From contig OX597823.1 in NCBI GenBank assembly GCA_951406725.2, forward strand, positions 54,622,001 through 54,686,000: a stretch of DNA of 64,000 nt, read 5' to 3'. The DNA is from Octopus vulgaris (taxonomy: Eukaryota). This document shows positions 26,149 to 40,921 of this stretch, piece after piece (within the stretch, counting starts at the first letter, position 1; the number at the start of each line of letters is the position of its first letter). The translations under genes and the position numbers were made by a program. The notes under the pieces are model-generated. The model saw only the letters and a program-made list of their open reading frames with translations. It searched no databases and was not told where the DNA came from.

Positions 26149-26427
26149 GTAGTGCGGCTCACTTCTCGAAAAAGGTTGCTCACGCTCTTCTGAGGGTCAA
26201 GTGGTAGTTGTTGTTGTTGTGATGGTGTTACACTTGACGTCCAGTTAGATTAAGTCTACTGGTCAATAAGGCATCTGCAAAGTTCCTGTTTATCAATTTT
26301 CACTCAAAAGGCTATCGTCGATTCAAAGCTAAGGTAGATGTTTGCTCAAGTTGCCGCAGCACAGTGATTGCCAACTTAGAACGACGTGATTGAAAAGCAA
26401 ACTTCTTAATCATATGAAGCCAAATGA

Positions 26428-26677
26428 GCATCGGTCATCATCGTCGTTGTCATCGTTGTCATCATCTTCATCATTATTGTCGTTGTCATCAACATCATCA
26501 TCGTCATCATCATTACTGTCGTCGTCATTGTCATCATTATTGTCGTTATCATCATCATCATCATCATTGTCATCATCATCATCATCATCATCGTCATTGT
26601 CATCATCATTGTTGTCGTCATCATCATCATCATCATCGTTGTCGTCATTATCATCATCATCATCATCATCATTGTTG

Positions 26678-26712
<35 letters not shown>

Positions 26713-26785
26713 TTCATCATTATCATCATCATCATTATTGTTGTCGTCGTCGTCGTTGTCGTCACCTTCATCACCATCATCACCA
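26428..26785. repeat. Degenerate (CAT/CGT/TGT)n trinucleotide repeat
   Basis: Direct tandem repeat; source of the poly-S/H/M ORFs. Confidence 0.95.
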
Positions 26786-27375
26786 TTAATAACAAGATTT
26801 CAAGATATGTGGTGGCTGGCGGACTGCAAAGAATTGGTAGGGTGACAGATTCTGTAATGATATATTTTAGTTGCGTTTTTTTTTTTTTTTTGTTTCAGTT
26901 CCAAACTAAAATCTCACATTGCTTTTTCATCTTTCCATGGTCAACGAAATAATTACTAGTCAAGTACTTGGGGGGGGGGGGGGGTCAATCGAAATAGTCC
27001 CCCCCCACCAACATTACCACACCTAAAAAATTTAATTAATTACTAACTTTGTGCTTATGGTAAAAACCAGTAATGCTTTCCTTACCTTAGCACAAGGTCA
27101 CCAGAGATTTTTCTTTCTGATTGGACTCAGGGTTTAAAAGATGAGATCGAATTATTGGTTATTTTATTGAGAGACACAAAACTCGTTTTTAGAAGAGTAA
27201 TGTAATCGATTGAACTGAAGCCAATATATGATTGATGTTTATTTTATTGAATGCAGCAGGATGAAAGAAAAAAAAAAGAAAACAAAATAATACTGTCCCG
27301 AGACGGAATTTGAACTCAGAACACAGATACCACAAATTGCATTGCAGTACAGCTATCCATCACACGCAAGCGAAT

Positions 27376-27478
27376 ATGTATGTATATATGTATGTATGTA
27401 TGTATGTATGCATGCATGCATGTATGCATGTATGTATATATGTATATATGTATGCATGTATGCATGTATGTATATATG

Positions 27479-27512
<34 letters not shown>

Positions 27513-27572
27513 TGTATGTATGTATGTATGTGTGTATCTCTCTCTCTGTATGTATGTGTACGTATGTATGTA
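27376..27572. repeat. (ATGT)n microsatellite
   Basis: Direct tandem repeat. Confidence 0.95.
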
Positions 27573-27930
27573 TTCTTTTAGACTGTGGCCATGCTAGAGC
27601 ACTGCCCGAAGAAATCGGCCCCAGGACTTATGCTTTGTAAGCCTAGTACTTATTCTATTGGTCTCTGTAGTTGAACCACAAAGTTACGAGGATGCAAACA
27701 CACCAGCATCAGTTGTCAAATGATGGGGGAGGGGCGGCAAACACAAGGGCACACACACATGATGGGCTTCTTTCATTTTCCGTCTACCAAATCCACTAAC
27801 AAGGCTTTGGTCGGCCCAAGGCTACAGTAGAAGACACTTGCTCAAAATGCCACACAGTGGGACTGAACCCAGATCCATGTGGCTGGGAAGCAAGCTTCTT
27901 ACCACAATATATTTATGTGCATATATGTAA

Positions 27931-27994
<64 letters not shown>

Positions 27995-28153
27995 CAAGCC
28001 ACTACACATTCTTTATTTTCTCTCCTTGTTTCTTTCGGGCGTAGGCTCGAAACGTTAAAGACTTTTTCGCTTCCCGAGCATTATACTAATACATCTGTTC
28101 GTTGTCTATACGACTTGTCTTCGTCTTTTGTTTTTTTGTGAATTCTCGCCCCC

Positions 28154-28210
<57 letters not shown>

Positions 28211-28730
28211 GTACATATGCATGGCTGTGTGGGTTTAAAAGTTCGCCTTTGCAGCTACATGGTTTCAGCTTCAGTCCCAATGCATGTCACTTTGAGTAAG
28301 TGTCTTCTACAATAGCCCCGGATCAACCAATGCCTTGTAAGTGAGTTTGGTAGACAGAAACTGTGTGAAAGCCCATTATATATAAATATATGTACACACA
28401 CGCAAACACACAGAGACACAAACACACATATTGTGTGTGTGTGTCTTTTTACATGTATTTGTCCCCCACACCACTTGATACCCGGTGTTGATTTGATTGG
28501 TTGCGAATTCAGAACGAGATTGTGAAGCAAACTTCTTAACCACATGAAGCCAAATATGCGTTGATCATCATCGTCATCCATCAGCATCATCATTTAGGGG
28601 TTTGGTGAAAGAGGCTAGTAGATTAAGTACAGACATAAAATTAAACTAAGTAGTGGGGTCAAATGTGATTGACTAAACTCTTGGTGCCCCAGCATGGCTG
28701 CATTCAAGTGACTGAGACAAATTAAAAGTA
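27573..28730. mobile_element. Two CORE-type SINEs in opposite orientation (27573-27905 minus; 28218-28730 plus, interrupted) flanking a Penelope-like fragment
   Basis: Family motifs; central fragment 27993-28150 matches the reverse complement of 10262-10445. Confidence 0.7.
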
Positions 28731-29209
28731 AAAAGCATCGCTCCTGCATGACCACAGCCAAATGACTGAAATAAGTAAGAGAATAAAAGAAAAACATTTA
28801 CAATGGCGGTGCCCCAGCATGGCCACAGCTCATTAGCTGAAACTGGAAAAATCAAAATCAAAATCATATATAGACACACATATGTATGTCTTGTGGTTGT
28901 AATTTGATTTCTTATTTTGGCACAAGGCTATCCATTTCAAGGAGGCTGGTGCAAGTCCATTACATTGACTCCAGTTTTTGACTGGTACTTTATTTTTATC
29001 AACGTGGAAAGAATATAAGGCATAGTTGACCATGGTGGGATTCGAACTCAGAATGTAATGAATCGGACAAAACATGGCTAAGCATTTTTGCCTGACAGGT
29101 TAACAATACGCTCGGCTCGCCACCTCTTGTGCCAATCTTACAGAGGTAATAGATATACAGTATTCCAAATGTTGTGTCAATTCACTTGTTGTCAAAGGCC
29201 CCTCAGGTG

Positions 29210-29903
29210 CAGTGGCGGCTCGTAGATAAAATTAGGGGGTGGTATTGCTTCAGAAAATTTTTAGCCATTGTTTTAATATTGTGTAAAAGGAAACAAACTT
29301 ATAAAAAGAAAATTTATACATAAACTTGATCGGTTTGCATTTTATCCACTGTCGGGTAGTGTGTTTAATTTGTTCGATGAACACCGCCACGAATTCTCCC
29401 TTGTTTTTCAAAAATCACCCCTAAATTACAAAATAAGGGGAGTGGGAAATGTACCCTATTTTTCAAATCCTGGCAACAACACTGAAGCTAGAAGTAGGAT
29501 AATAATGTAATTTTACACGTTATCACATTCAAGAATATAAACACGTTTGTAAGCACAACAGATGCAGAGTCAAAAGGAAACACTACCTTTCATCTGGTCC
29601 TGTTGTTCAAGCACTACTCTCTCTTCCTAGTGTGAAGCTTCATATCTCGGACATGTGAGCATGCACACAACATCTAAATACTGCGTCGCTGGAACTGTGA
29701 AGCGCACAGTTCAATACAAGGATTTTGTATTTTTGTCATACATTAGGAGATGGATACTGACATAAAGCTTAAAGATTATATAATGTACAAGTATACAGAA
29801 AGAATTAAACAAAAAAGGACTCACTATATTGAATGTTATCGATATTATCGAATGGAAATAGGGGTGCTGCAGTTCTGCTGTTCCTATATACGAGCCACCA
29901 TTG
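29210..29903. mobile_element. Non-autonomous hAT element
   Basis: TIRs CAGTGGCGGCTCGTA/TACGAGCCACCATTG; perfect 8-bp TSD CTCAGGTG at 29202-29209 and 29904-29911. Confidence 0.9.
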
Positions 29904-30343
29904 CTCAGGTGTACAGAAATATGGGCTCTGCTGTAACATACTATTCTGCTCATTACATGTTTGGAATTGATCAGCAGTCGATTAAATCGATATCAGCTCT
30001 TGATTATTAGGTTATTTTATTGACTTTATTTAAAGATGAAAGGCAAAAAATGACTTCGACAAGATCGGCGCTTTAATGATTATGCCAGTCTACTGCCTTA
30101 AAAATGTAATTAAATAAAGACGAGAAAGTAGTGTTAATGTCGTCGTGTTGTCGCTATATTGTCTCGTGAAAGGGAGTTGTTTACGTTGCATGAAGAAACG
30201 CTTCACTAACACTTTCTCTTCGAATTGACAAAATCATTTGAACAACGGATAGAAATGTGTTCCAGTATGGCATTCATTCTATCTGCATGCTGAGTTCAAA
30301 TACTGCTCTGAGGTCAACTTAGCTTTCAACCTTTTAGCATGCA

Positions 30344-30840
30344 TACACAAGTGTAGTCCTCTCTCCGCTGACTTGGATTTTTTTTTTCATAATTTTCAGA
30401 AAAATGAATATTTTTTAATGAAATTTTCTACAAATACCTTTCAGACAGCAAAGATTATGATTATATTGGAATGTAATGCTAAAAATGACATAAAAAAGGT
30501 TAGCGTGCACACATATATACTGGCACATGATTTCAATCAAAGTTTCATTTTGTAGGTATGTATGTGTTGTGTGTCAGCATGCATGTGTAATTTACTTTTT
30601 CACATTAAATTCTGATATAATCGTAATATATATCATCAATACAGATGATTTAAAATAAAAAATATTTCAGAAAGTTTTGAGGAAACAAAGTCAACTCCTT
30701 TGAATTATTCGAAACTCCTCTTCCTCTGAAAAATTTTCACAACAAATTCCGATAAGTATATGCAGAAAATTTCATTGAAAAATATTAATTTTTCTGAAAA
30801 TTTATGAGGAAACAAAGTAGATAAGATGCTCAATTGTGTA
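30344..30840. mobile_element. Degenerate MITE with subterminal inverted repeats
   Basis: TCATAATTTTCAGAAAAATGAATATTTTTTAATGAAATTTTCT is inverted near 30764-30808. Confidence 0.55.
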
Positions 30841-31274
30841 GGTGTGCTGATAAATTAACTACTATTACAGTACTATAACGGTTGTTTCCTCCTTGTCTCT
30901 TTCTTTCTTTCTTTGTGGGAGAAATCGGCTATGGTCAGGCCTAGAGAAGAAGAAACTCCTCTAGGTTTAAATACCCAAAACACACAGCATCACATGGGCA
31001 GCACACCTACGATATCAAGAGGTGAATGAAGCTTGAAAAAGAGAAAGATAAAACAGATTATGTCAATAAGAAATGAATATGAACCATACCATGTAGTGAA
31101 ATAGCATTTGACAAATAAAGCCACTAGTGATATAAAAATCATAAAAAGGTTCTTTAAAATATAGCACAAATTAACATAAAATTAGCACATGACTGTAATT
31201 TGAAAACATGAATGTGCATGTTAAAAATGCATATTATTGCTAGTTTTGACATTATTTAACAAGAAGCCTTTCCC

Positions 31275-31305
<31 letters not shown>

Positions 31306-32111
31306 TTTTGATATAAGTATGTGTATAGCCATGGATATGTATTTGTAAGCATGCGTATCTGTGTATGTGTAAAAGAGCGTATGTTTGTGCTTAAGCACAC
31401 ATACACGACTGTATGTGTATGTATCCATTCGAACTTGTGTATTTGTATACTTGTCTCCATATATGTCAATAATGCGGTTACACAGCTTGTATACATAATT
31501 TTTCTTATTTCGTTTTTTTTCATACCCCTCCTTTTTCTTTTTTCCTTCCCCCTTCTTCGTTCCTTTTTCTCTCTCTTCCTTTCTTTCGTTTTTTTTTCTC
31601 TAACTGATACTGATACAACTTTACGTCCCCCTTACTTAAGCTTTACTCAGTATATGAGAATCGCTACTTCGATGATTTTAACTTGCGTGCGAGATAGATT
31701 GCGTGCATATATGTACGCATGCATTTATGTGTATATTTTATATTTATATTTATACGTCTGTATATGTATGGCGTTTGCACGCATCCTTCTGTGTATGTTG
31801 ATATATATATGTACACTTTAATATAAATATGTATTGCAGTGTAATATTTATAATAGGTTTTAATTTCTATGCATTAATTATACTTTCTTCATTAACGTCA
31901 ATATGTAGTTTATTCAATGTAAGGTTTTTTCCTCGAATTTTATAATTTTTATAATTTTTTATATATATATACATATATTTTTGAGCTTTTTTGTTTATCG
32001 CTCGAAGATTGACCGTTATTTCTAAAGAGCCAATCAAACAAGTCCATTTTTTTAAAGGTGTAGCGTTTGTAAGAGTCTAGATTGAATTGATATATCGGTT
32101 CCATTCTAGCA

Positions 32112-32158
32112 AAAACTGTCTGATGAACGGCAACGAGAAACTCAGAGTAACAGATTTT
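32112..32158 (+). ncRNA. Minimal type-I hammerhead ribozyme motif within a Penelope-like fragment
   Basis: Stem I CTGT (32116-32119)/ACAG (32150-32153); core CTGATGA 32120-32126; stem II ACG-GCAA-CGA; GAAA 32137-32140; stem III CTC-A-GAG; predicted cleavage after GTA at 32149. Confidence 0.7.
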
Positions 32159-32184
32159 GTTGAATTTTCTGCTTATTTAAATAA

Positions 32185-32561
<377 letters not shown>

Positions 32562-32764
32562 TCGTCAGTGATACATGTGGCAAAAGAAATAAATGAGATA
32601 CTTACTCATACCCATGGAAGAAGCAAACACTAAGTCATGAGCACAACCAAGTACCCCAAATACATCCAACATAGAAATACTCCAGCCCATTCGAGACACG
32701 TGCGATTTGAACTGAGGCTCTCACAGAGTGAGATAGTCCGGAAGTGAATGCTTAAATTTATATC

Positions 32765-33064
32765 TAATGAGGATAAAATTTCTTTTGAAAAAAAAATTTT
32801 TTTTCGAAAAAAATTTTATCAATGGCCAGCATATTAAAAAATACCTTTAACGGTTAAATTTATAAACAATTAAAATACAAAACAATACAAAATATATTGT
32901 CCATTGTTAATGGACAATATGTCCAATTTTTCGGCATATTTGGCATTAGAAATTTTTTCCTTTGCCCTCATTTATGAATTGTTTATAAATTTAACCGTTA
33001 AAGGTATTTTTTAATATGCTGGCCATTGATAAAATTTTTTTCGAAAGAAATTTTATCCTCATTA
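32765..33064. repeat. Inverted repeat, probably a Penelope-like end with inverted copy
   Basis: Arms at 32765-32871 and 32977-33064; followed by (AT)n. Confidence 0.65.
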
Positions 33065-33768
33065 TATATATATATATATTTATATAGCTGAGGAGTATTT
33101 CGTTAAGAACGTATTAGAGTACAAAATAGAGCTCGTTCACCCTTAGAATTACCAGATAGCCTGCAGAATTATGGTACACTACCAATGCCTCTCATGTCGA
33201 GTGTGTACAGGCACGCTCATGCCGAGCGTATTGAAACTGTCAGCAAAGGAACCAGTTGGATGTGATAGCATCGAAATCAAACATTTATTTACGGAGACAG
33301 CGATTATATATCACCTGAGGAGACACAACTAGGTCCTATTGTACATGTAAACCATTAATTTAAATTAAACAGCTGTCGAATCGTAATCCGTCTTCTTTTT
33401 GACTCTATGTGTGTGTGTGTGTGTGTGTGTGTGCATATATATAACCTTAAAGAACACACAAATTCTTTTCCAGAAAACTCTTGCCGACTTTGCAGCAAAA
33501 CCACTCCCAGAGACAATGATTTGGTACTAAGATACATAACAACTCAATCCCGTTTAATTCGTTTCATAATCTTTTTCACAGCAACCACAAACCGGGTGTG
33601 TCTATTCACCTCCAGCAATACATAGTAGTCACCATATTTGATTACATAACGGCTACCTCTGATGAGTGTTAAATAATTGCACTGTTACATAACATTCCGT
33701 TAAACACCTTGTGCAAAACCAACTGGTAAGATCGGCCGTAATGGATGTACGCTTCGATATATATATAC

Positions 33769-33862
<94 letters not shown>

Positions 33863-34812
33863 AAGAGTCAAATTGAACATTGAAAATAGCAGATAATAAA
33901 ACAAGGACTTACATATGAAATGTATTAGCTTGACGCTCAGTAAAAGTGAAAAAAAGAATGGGTTTTTTATGTTTCGAGTATAGCTCTTTGTCAGAAAAAG
34001 GAGAAAGGAAAGGTCAAGAGAAGGAAAACTCTAAGGAAAGTACGCGTGTGGTCATACACACACACACACACACAAACACACATAATACACTGAGTAGGTG
34101 ATAGGAAAATAAGTTTTGTATAGGTAACACAAAGTAGTGCTCGAAGGGGGTGGAATTTTAAACTCTATCCTCTTCATCTATGGTCGGCGCCTCTGCTTCG
34201 AAAGCTGACTATAAAAACAATCCTTACTGAGTTATTATGGAGATAGTAAGGTACAGAAACACAGGGTATTTACATAGAATACAAAACACAGATTACAGAA
34301 GAAAGGGGGGGCGAGGGAAAGCAAAACAAAAACGGATGCTTAACTTAGTTTAACAATTTCCTCCCAACTAAGACATCATGCACGTATTGCATATGAATAT
34401 GGCCGTCTTGAAACAGCTGTCGAGATAAGGTTTTACATAATTCTTCTGTACTTTTGTTATCTTTTTTTCTTTATTCTGTATTCTGCAATGTCTTAAACCT
34501 ATACACACACACACACACACACATGTATGTATGTATGTATGTATTGATACACACACACATACACACATACATGTCTCTCTAGAATTATTTATCTGTGCAA
34601 TAAAATGTCTTCCCAAAGGAAGTAACACCAATTGTGAGTCCACACAATCATATCACGATAGTCAATCTGATGTCGCTTTCACACACAAATGAGTGAAAAC
34701 AAAAACAGAGCAGAAAGAAAAGATGTAGTGGGGTGTTTCTTCGTTTGTTTGTTTGTGTGTGTGTGTGTGTGTGTTTGTGTATGTGTGTTTTTGTGTGTGT
34801 GTGTGTTATGTG

Positions 34813-34843
<31 letters not shown>

Positions 34844-35105
34844 TTGTGTGTGTGTGAGTGAGTGAATGTTTGTGTGTGTATGTGTGTGTGATTTAGTCTG
34901 ATTTAAACGAACAATTTGCTTTGAATTACTTAAAATAATATAGGAACTAATTGAATAAATTATGTTTGACATTTCAATCTAACAACGTTTATGTTTAATG
35001 TTGTTTCCTTATTTTAATCTGATTGTGCGTGTGTGTCTGTGTTTATGTTTACAGTGGTCTAAACGCCTGATGTTGTTTATGTTGAGTGTCTTTATGTAAA
35101 CAGGG

Positions 35106-35178
<73 letters not shown>

Positions 35179-35644
35179 AAGAGGGTGGGTGATAAGAGAG
35201 TAGGACAGAGAGAGAAAGTGAAAGAGAAAGTGAGGGAAGTCAGTTGTAGAAGTGGATGGGTGGGGTTAGGATCTATATCACAAATAAGCTGTCTCAATTG
35301 ACATGCTTTTCAGTCTACTTTCTTTCTTTGTGTTGGTGTAGAACAGATCAACTGTGATAGAATGCCTCTTTCTGTCCTTCTCAGTACACACAAACACAAA
35401 CACACACATATACAAAGTGAGAGAAAGAGAGAGAGAGAGAGGGGGAGAGTAAGAGAGAGAAAGTGACAGAGATCAGAGAAACTATAAATATAGAATCTGA
35501 GGTACTGGGGTGAGTTCACGATCAAAGTTATTATTAGTTTGACATTTGAAAAAAATGGAAAGAGTTAATTATGACGTTTTGGGCAATGTCATTTTTCAGA
35601 GCATGCTTGTGGAATGGTAAAAGAGGAGAGAAGACGAGGGAAAA

Positions 35645-36034
35645 TCTTTATATATTAAAGTAAGGTTGTGTGTCTGTCTACTCCGATTTAGATTCCTAAC
35701 TACTCCCACATTTTGCGGTGCAGTTTAACCAAAACCGGGTATCTTATAGTCGTGATTCATATCGAGCCCTTCTGGGTATTAGCGCGCGTCTACGATGAGT
35801 CTACGATTTTAAAAATAATTTACCATCATTTTTTTCTATTTTAATGCATATTTTTTAAAAGGGAAGTAACTCTCTAAAAATGTCTACGATGTGTCAACGA
35901 TTTAAAAAAAAATTTACCATCATATTTTTTCCATTTTTAATGCAATTTTTTGCTATTTTTTTGCTATAACTCTCTAAAAATGCTTTATAGTTATTTCCCT
36001 TACAAATCCGAGCAACGCCGGGCGATACTGCTAG
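35645..36034 (+). mobile_element. Non-autonomous Helitron
   Basis: A|TC..hairpin..CTAG|T; same internal duplication as 10708-11092. Confidence 0.9.
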
Positions 36035-36188
36035 TAATTGATTAATAGAAAAAGAAATCGAGGCGAAAATGCCCGCTCATAGCTGGTCTACACGAACGTC
36101 GTTAACTGACCGGAAGCAGAAGGTGGCGTTGTTTGGTGTCCAGTGAGCAAATGTAAAATTGTTGGCGTGCCTTTGTATGTGTTAGTGT

Positions 36189-36250
<62 letters not shown>

Positions 36251-39200
36251 GTGTGTGTGTAAGTGTGTGTGTGTGTGTGTGTAAGTGTGTGTGTGTGTGT
36301 GTGTAGGAAGTACCGAAGAGTGTGTGTGGTCCTGTTTGCGTCTCTATGTCCGTGCATGTGCGCGTGTATGTGTATGTTTGTTCGTGTATATGATATAAAA
36401 TGTTGCTCGAGTGTGTTGTTAGTTTATCGTATATCATATATGTGTGTAAGTTCATGAATGTGTAAGTGATAAAGCCAAAGCGTTGTATTGGCTAGCTAAT
36501 CGTGTGCATGCGAGTGTGTGTGTGTGTGGGGGGGGGAGGGATTCGTAGTGGTCAGTGACATGTTTTTGAATAACCAACTGGCGATGTCCAGATAATGCAC
36601 CATAGTAACATTATATACTCACATGGAGATTTCGGTATTCATTACAGACCATATAACCAAAGAATTTCGGTCTTTGTGATTCGGTATTGAAGTAGGAATT
36701 ACAGTAAAAATTGCCTTGTTCACTTATTTGTTCATTCCAAAACCTCAAGAGAAGTAATATTTTTTTTATCTCGCCATCTGGTGCTAAAATGAAGTTACTA
36801 CCGGGGTTCCTAACTCTTGAAGTACCAACATAAAGAAAACACAGGATCCGTGGTATAGTTGAGAGTGACAAGGAATAGAAGCATTTGAAATTGATTTGAG
36901 CTTTTTTTAAAAAAAATTATTGCAGTAATATCAATGCTTCTGTCTCTGTTTTTGACATAGACGTCCACCATGATCTAGATAGTTACTTCTTTGAACTATA
37001 GAGCTTGTTTGAATTCATCATCATCATCATCATCATCATCATTACTACCATCGTCATTGTGGTCATCGTGGTCGTTGTCGTGTACGTGGTCATCGTCATC
37101 ATCATCATCGTCGTCATTATCATCATGAACGACGACAACAACAACAACAACAACAACAACAATAACAATAGCAAGACCTATGTCTTAAGACTCATGAGGA
37201 CGATTGCCTGGTTTCCATGATGTATAAGTGACCGAGATCACAACATCATCCCTAAAAGAGTCGCCAGTCCGTTGCGGTGTTATCCGTTTTTGCCAGCTTA
37301 GTGGACCGGGGCAGTGGCAGTATGGAATGAATTTTTTTGTTTAAGAATACAATACACTCTCTCCCCATCCAGTTCAGGCATCAGAGTACAACACCTTAAT
37401 CACTAGCTCACGCACCTTCGGGTGTGAACTGATCCCGTACCATAAAATTTTTGGTGTAAAATTCTTTGCAAGTTATTAATCAACCGAACTGGTTTCTTGT
37501 TCTGTTCATTTGTAGATCTGCTGAGGCTGACAGTGGAACCCATCTTGATCATCCTAGAAGACAAGAGGGTATTGGAATGAGTCATAGGTCCCGTGAATTT
37601 CTGATGTTTGCTCCAAATGCCCACTTATAGACTGGTGCTTTTGAAGGCCACTGTTTAGCACCAGTCTAAGTTTCTCAGAAGAAAACCTCATTCTCCCAGG
37701 AATATTATAAAAGTTCCCTGAATTTTTGTAAGAATTTGCTCTTCAATGATGCACCAAAAGCGCAATATTTCAAAAAGCTATCTTCAAAAATATAATGCTA
37801 CATTTCATATGATAGACTTTCGATTTTGGACAATTTATAAAATTCAGAAATAGTGTTAGCACTATTTAGATAAATAGAACTAACATGAACATGAAGCACA
37901 TCAGCGTATTATGGTTTGTGCCTATAAGCATTCATCTGTATAACTTTTCGAAAATAAAGTGGAAAAAAAGAAAAAAAGAAAAAAAATGAATTCAAGCGAT
38001 TTATTTTTGTGCAGTAATGTATAACGTGAATGGATAGATTGAAGTGAGAGAAAGTAGAATTTCTTGAGATGAAATCAACACGACATTTCAAATTGAATGA
38101 AATTCACTGTGAAGTTTTTGAGAAGGTTACTCAAGAATTTGGCTGCCATGAGCTGTTTATTGCAATGTGTTTGTTCTTTATTTTCACTTAACTATATACC
38201 TATACAGATATTGATATATATGTTGGATAAGTGGACCAGAGATCAATATTGATTAAACGTAAGTCGGTATGTTGCCGTTACAGTAAACATTAACCAGTAA
38301 CTGTTTTCAGCACTTTAAGACTTAATTGATGGAAAATATCTTGCGTTCAGTTACTTACAAAATTCCCACTCTGTTTTTCTATTTACCTATATCTGTGTGT
38401 CCCCCACCGTTTCCAAAAATTCGACGGGCAGTACTGTTAGCAAACGGTAACCTCTGGGACTTGCTGTAGTTGCTGCTGTTCACTGTTCTCTCTTGTTCTC
38501 TATCTTTTCCGCTTCTCAAAGCAGAAAGCTATAAAGTGGCTTTTGTTGCACGGCTTTCTATCCAGCACTATTAGTTTCACAGCTTGAGGCACATCTCCTT
38601 AATAGATTTATGGCTTAATGGCTTGTAAATCCATGCTGACTTCTTCCGATCACACATCATTTCTCGTTACTTCTGCTCATATTTTTCTCACGCAATTTGG
38701 GTTGTAGCAACAACGAACCAAGAGTCAATGTCACAGCCGATGCCCTTGTTGCCACTCTTGTAATGCGTTGGACCATGTATTGCATACAACTTCTGGGTGG
38801 ATGTGTATTACTTCTTCTATTAGACGCTTTGGCTCACCCTCAGATATTACTGAATACATTGACCAGGTTAATGGAAACTACATTCTCTGACATAGCAGTC
38901 AGGTTTACTTCAATTACTGCTATTCCTTTCTTCGTGATGCAGAGACATGCCATTTTTCTCAGTCTCTCTTGGACAAATTTCTCATTCGAGGAGATACAAT
39001 CTTTTGTGATATATCGCTTCTAGACTTCTTTTTCTGATTGGATCTAATCAATGTAGAAAGATTCCTCATTGGAAGCTATATTTGCAAAGCTGTTTGTGTA
39101 ATGTTGATGTTGTATATAAGCGAGTTGCCAGAACTATCCCCAATGTTACTTTCAACAGAAGAATTCCTTCTGTAGAACTCCCCCTTAAATTGCATGTCTT

Positions 39201-39294
39201 GGTGCAAAGCAATCCTGTTCATATTAATTTTTGTTCGTTTGCTTTCGGTGCAGTTGTTAAACTTTATCTCTTGTCAATATTTTGCATGTAATTC

Positions 39295-40291
39295 AAGGCG
39301 GCAAGCTAGCAGAATTGTTACCGTGTCGGACAAAGCAATTCTTCCTACTTTAAATTCTGAGCTCAAATGCCACCGGGATCAACATTTCCTTTCAGGGTCG
39401 ATAAATTAAGCATTAGTTGAGTACTGGGTTCAAAGTAATCGACTTATCCCCTACCCCCAAATTGCTGGCCTTGAGCCAAAATTTGAAACAAATATTCTAT
39501 ATCGAAAGTAAGGCGGTAAGCTGACATAATCGTTAGTACACCGGGCAAAAGGCTTAGCGTCATTTCGTCTGTCTTTACGTTCTGAACTTAAATTTTGTCG
39601 ACTCTGCCTTTCATCTTCTCGAAGTCGATAAACTAAGTACTAGTTGAGAACAGAGGTCAATGTAATCGATTTATACCCTTCCCCCAAATTTACTAGCCTT
39701 GTGCCAAAATTTGAAACCAAAGTTTTGTAACGAATATCAGTCACTTACAACAAACAAATAGTTAAAGTGTCTTTTTTGGATTCAAGCCGGACGGAGAAAA
39801 TTAAAATATAAGGTTTCACTATTCTTTGTAAGTTTTTGCCACTTCAACCGCTATTTACTCATTATACTAGAAATTGATACTTTCAAAAGTGCTCGTGAGC
39901 ATTTTTGTGGTCAACCAAGCTGTGGAGGGCCCTACATTCTCTGAAGTAGAATCCCTCAAACATGTATAAACCATCAGTGTAGACTTTACTAAAAGTCTAT
40001 TTTTCTTTGAGAGGAGAGTGCCCTGTACGAAGCATTTAATATATTGAATGAACTCCAACAATCTGTTTCTTTATTGCCCATAAGGGGCTAAACACAGAGG
40101 GGACAAACAAGGACAGACAAACGGATTAAGTCGATTACATCGACCCCAGTGTGTAACTGGTACTTAATTTATCGACCCCGAAAGGATGAAAGGCAAAGTC
40201 GACCTCGGCGGAATTTGAACTCAGAACGTAACGGCAGACGAAAGACGGCTATGCATTTTGCCCGGCGTGCTAACGGTTCTGCCAGCTCGCT
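39295..40291. mobile_element. OK-like SINEs: 39295-39495 (+), 39510-39722 (+), young copy 40062-40291 (-)
   Basis: Family head, body and tails. Confidence 0.8.
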
Positions 40292-40921
40292 ATATTAAAT
40301 GCTTCGTTATCCACTACGTTATACCTTAAATTAGGTTATCGTTGATCTTTTCCCTTCTTGCTAATTCCTCTGTATGTCCTAAAGGCAATGAGACCTGGTT
40401 ATTTGTAACACATTCTACTATGTTGTTCTTTTCCAGTTATCTATATCATGTGACTCCATTCGGCTTGTTATACTGGTCACAAACTGCAGTCATGGTTAAT
40501 GACGTGGTAAAACAATATGGCTCCATTCAGTTGTTGAAGCCTGAACGTTTATGGTGCCAGATAATTCACTGTTGTTAATTTTCCTTTTATTTGATCTGCC
40601 ATTCATATTTTTTTCACCAGTTTTTCTTTGGGAACTTGAACAGTGCCACTGCGTCTGCGGTTACTATCTCTCAATGCAAGCCCATAAGAAAATGTCATCT
40701 TTAAAACGTAACAAATGAAACAATTTTTGAAATAAATAAATGCCTATTCCGAAGTAATCTAAAGATTCTAGAAATCCATTGTTTGAAAATAATCGAAAAA
40801 AACAAAAAACAAACAACAACAACAACAAAAAAACTTCTTTGCTAAATAAATTGTGGTAAAATCCCAAACATTGGGAATGAAGCAGCGGCTGCGACGGCGA
40901 TGACGATGACTCTTACTACTA

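Noticed and set aside
26390-26845. His/Ser/Met-rich ORFs suggesting a metal-binding or structural protein
   Set aside because: Degenerate (CAT)n repeat open in several frames; the start lies in a SINE head.
33582-33725. Plus-strand exon with good acceptor and donor
   Set aside because: Stops in all three frames; could only be non-coding, and there is no further support.
37700-39230. Decayed DNA-transposase coding sequence on the minus strand
   Set aside because: A GIGCD-like fragment only; too degenerate to call.
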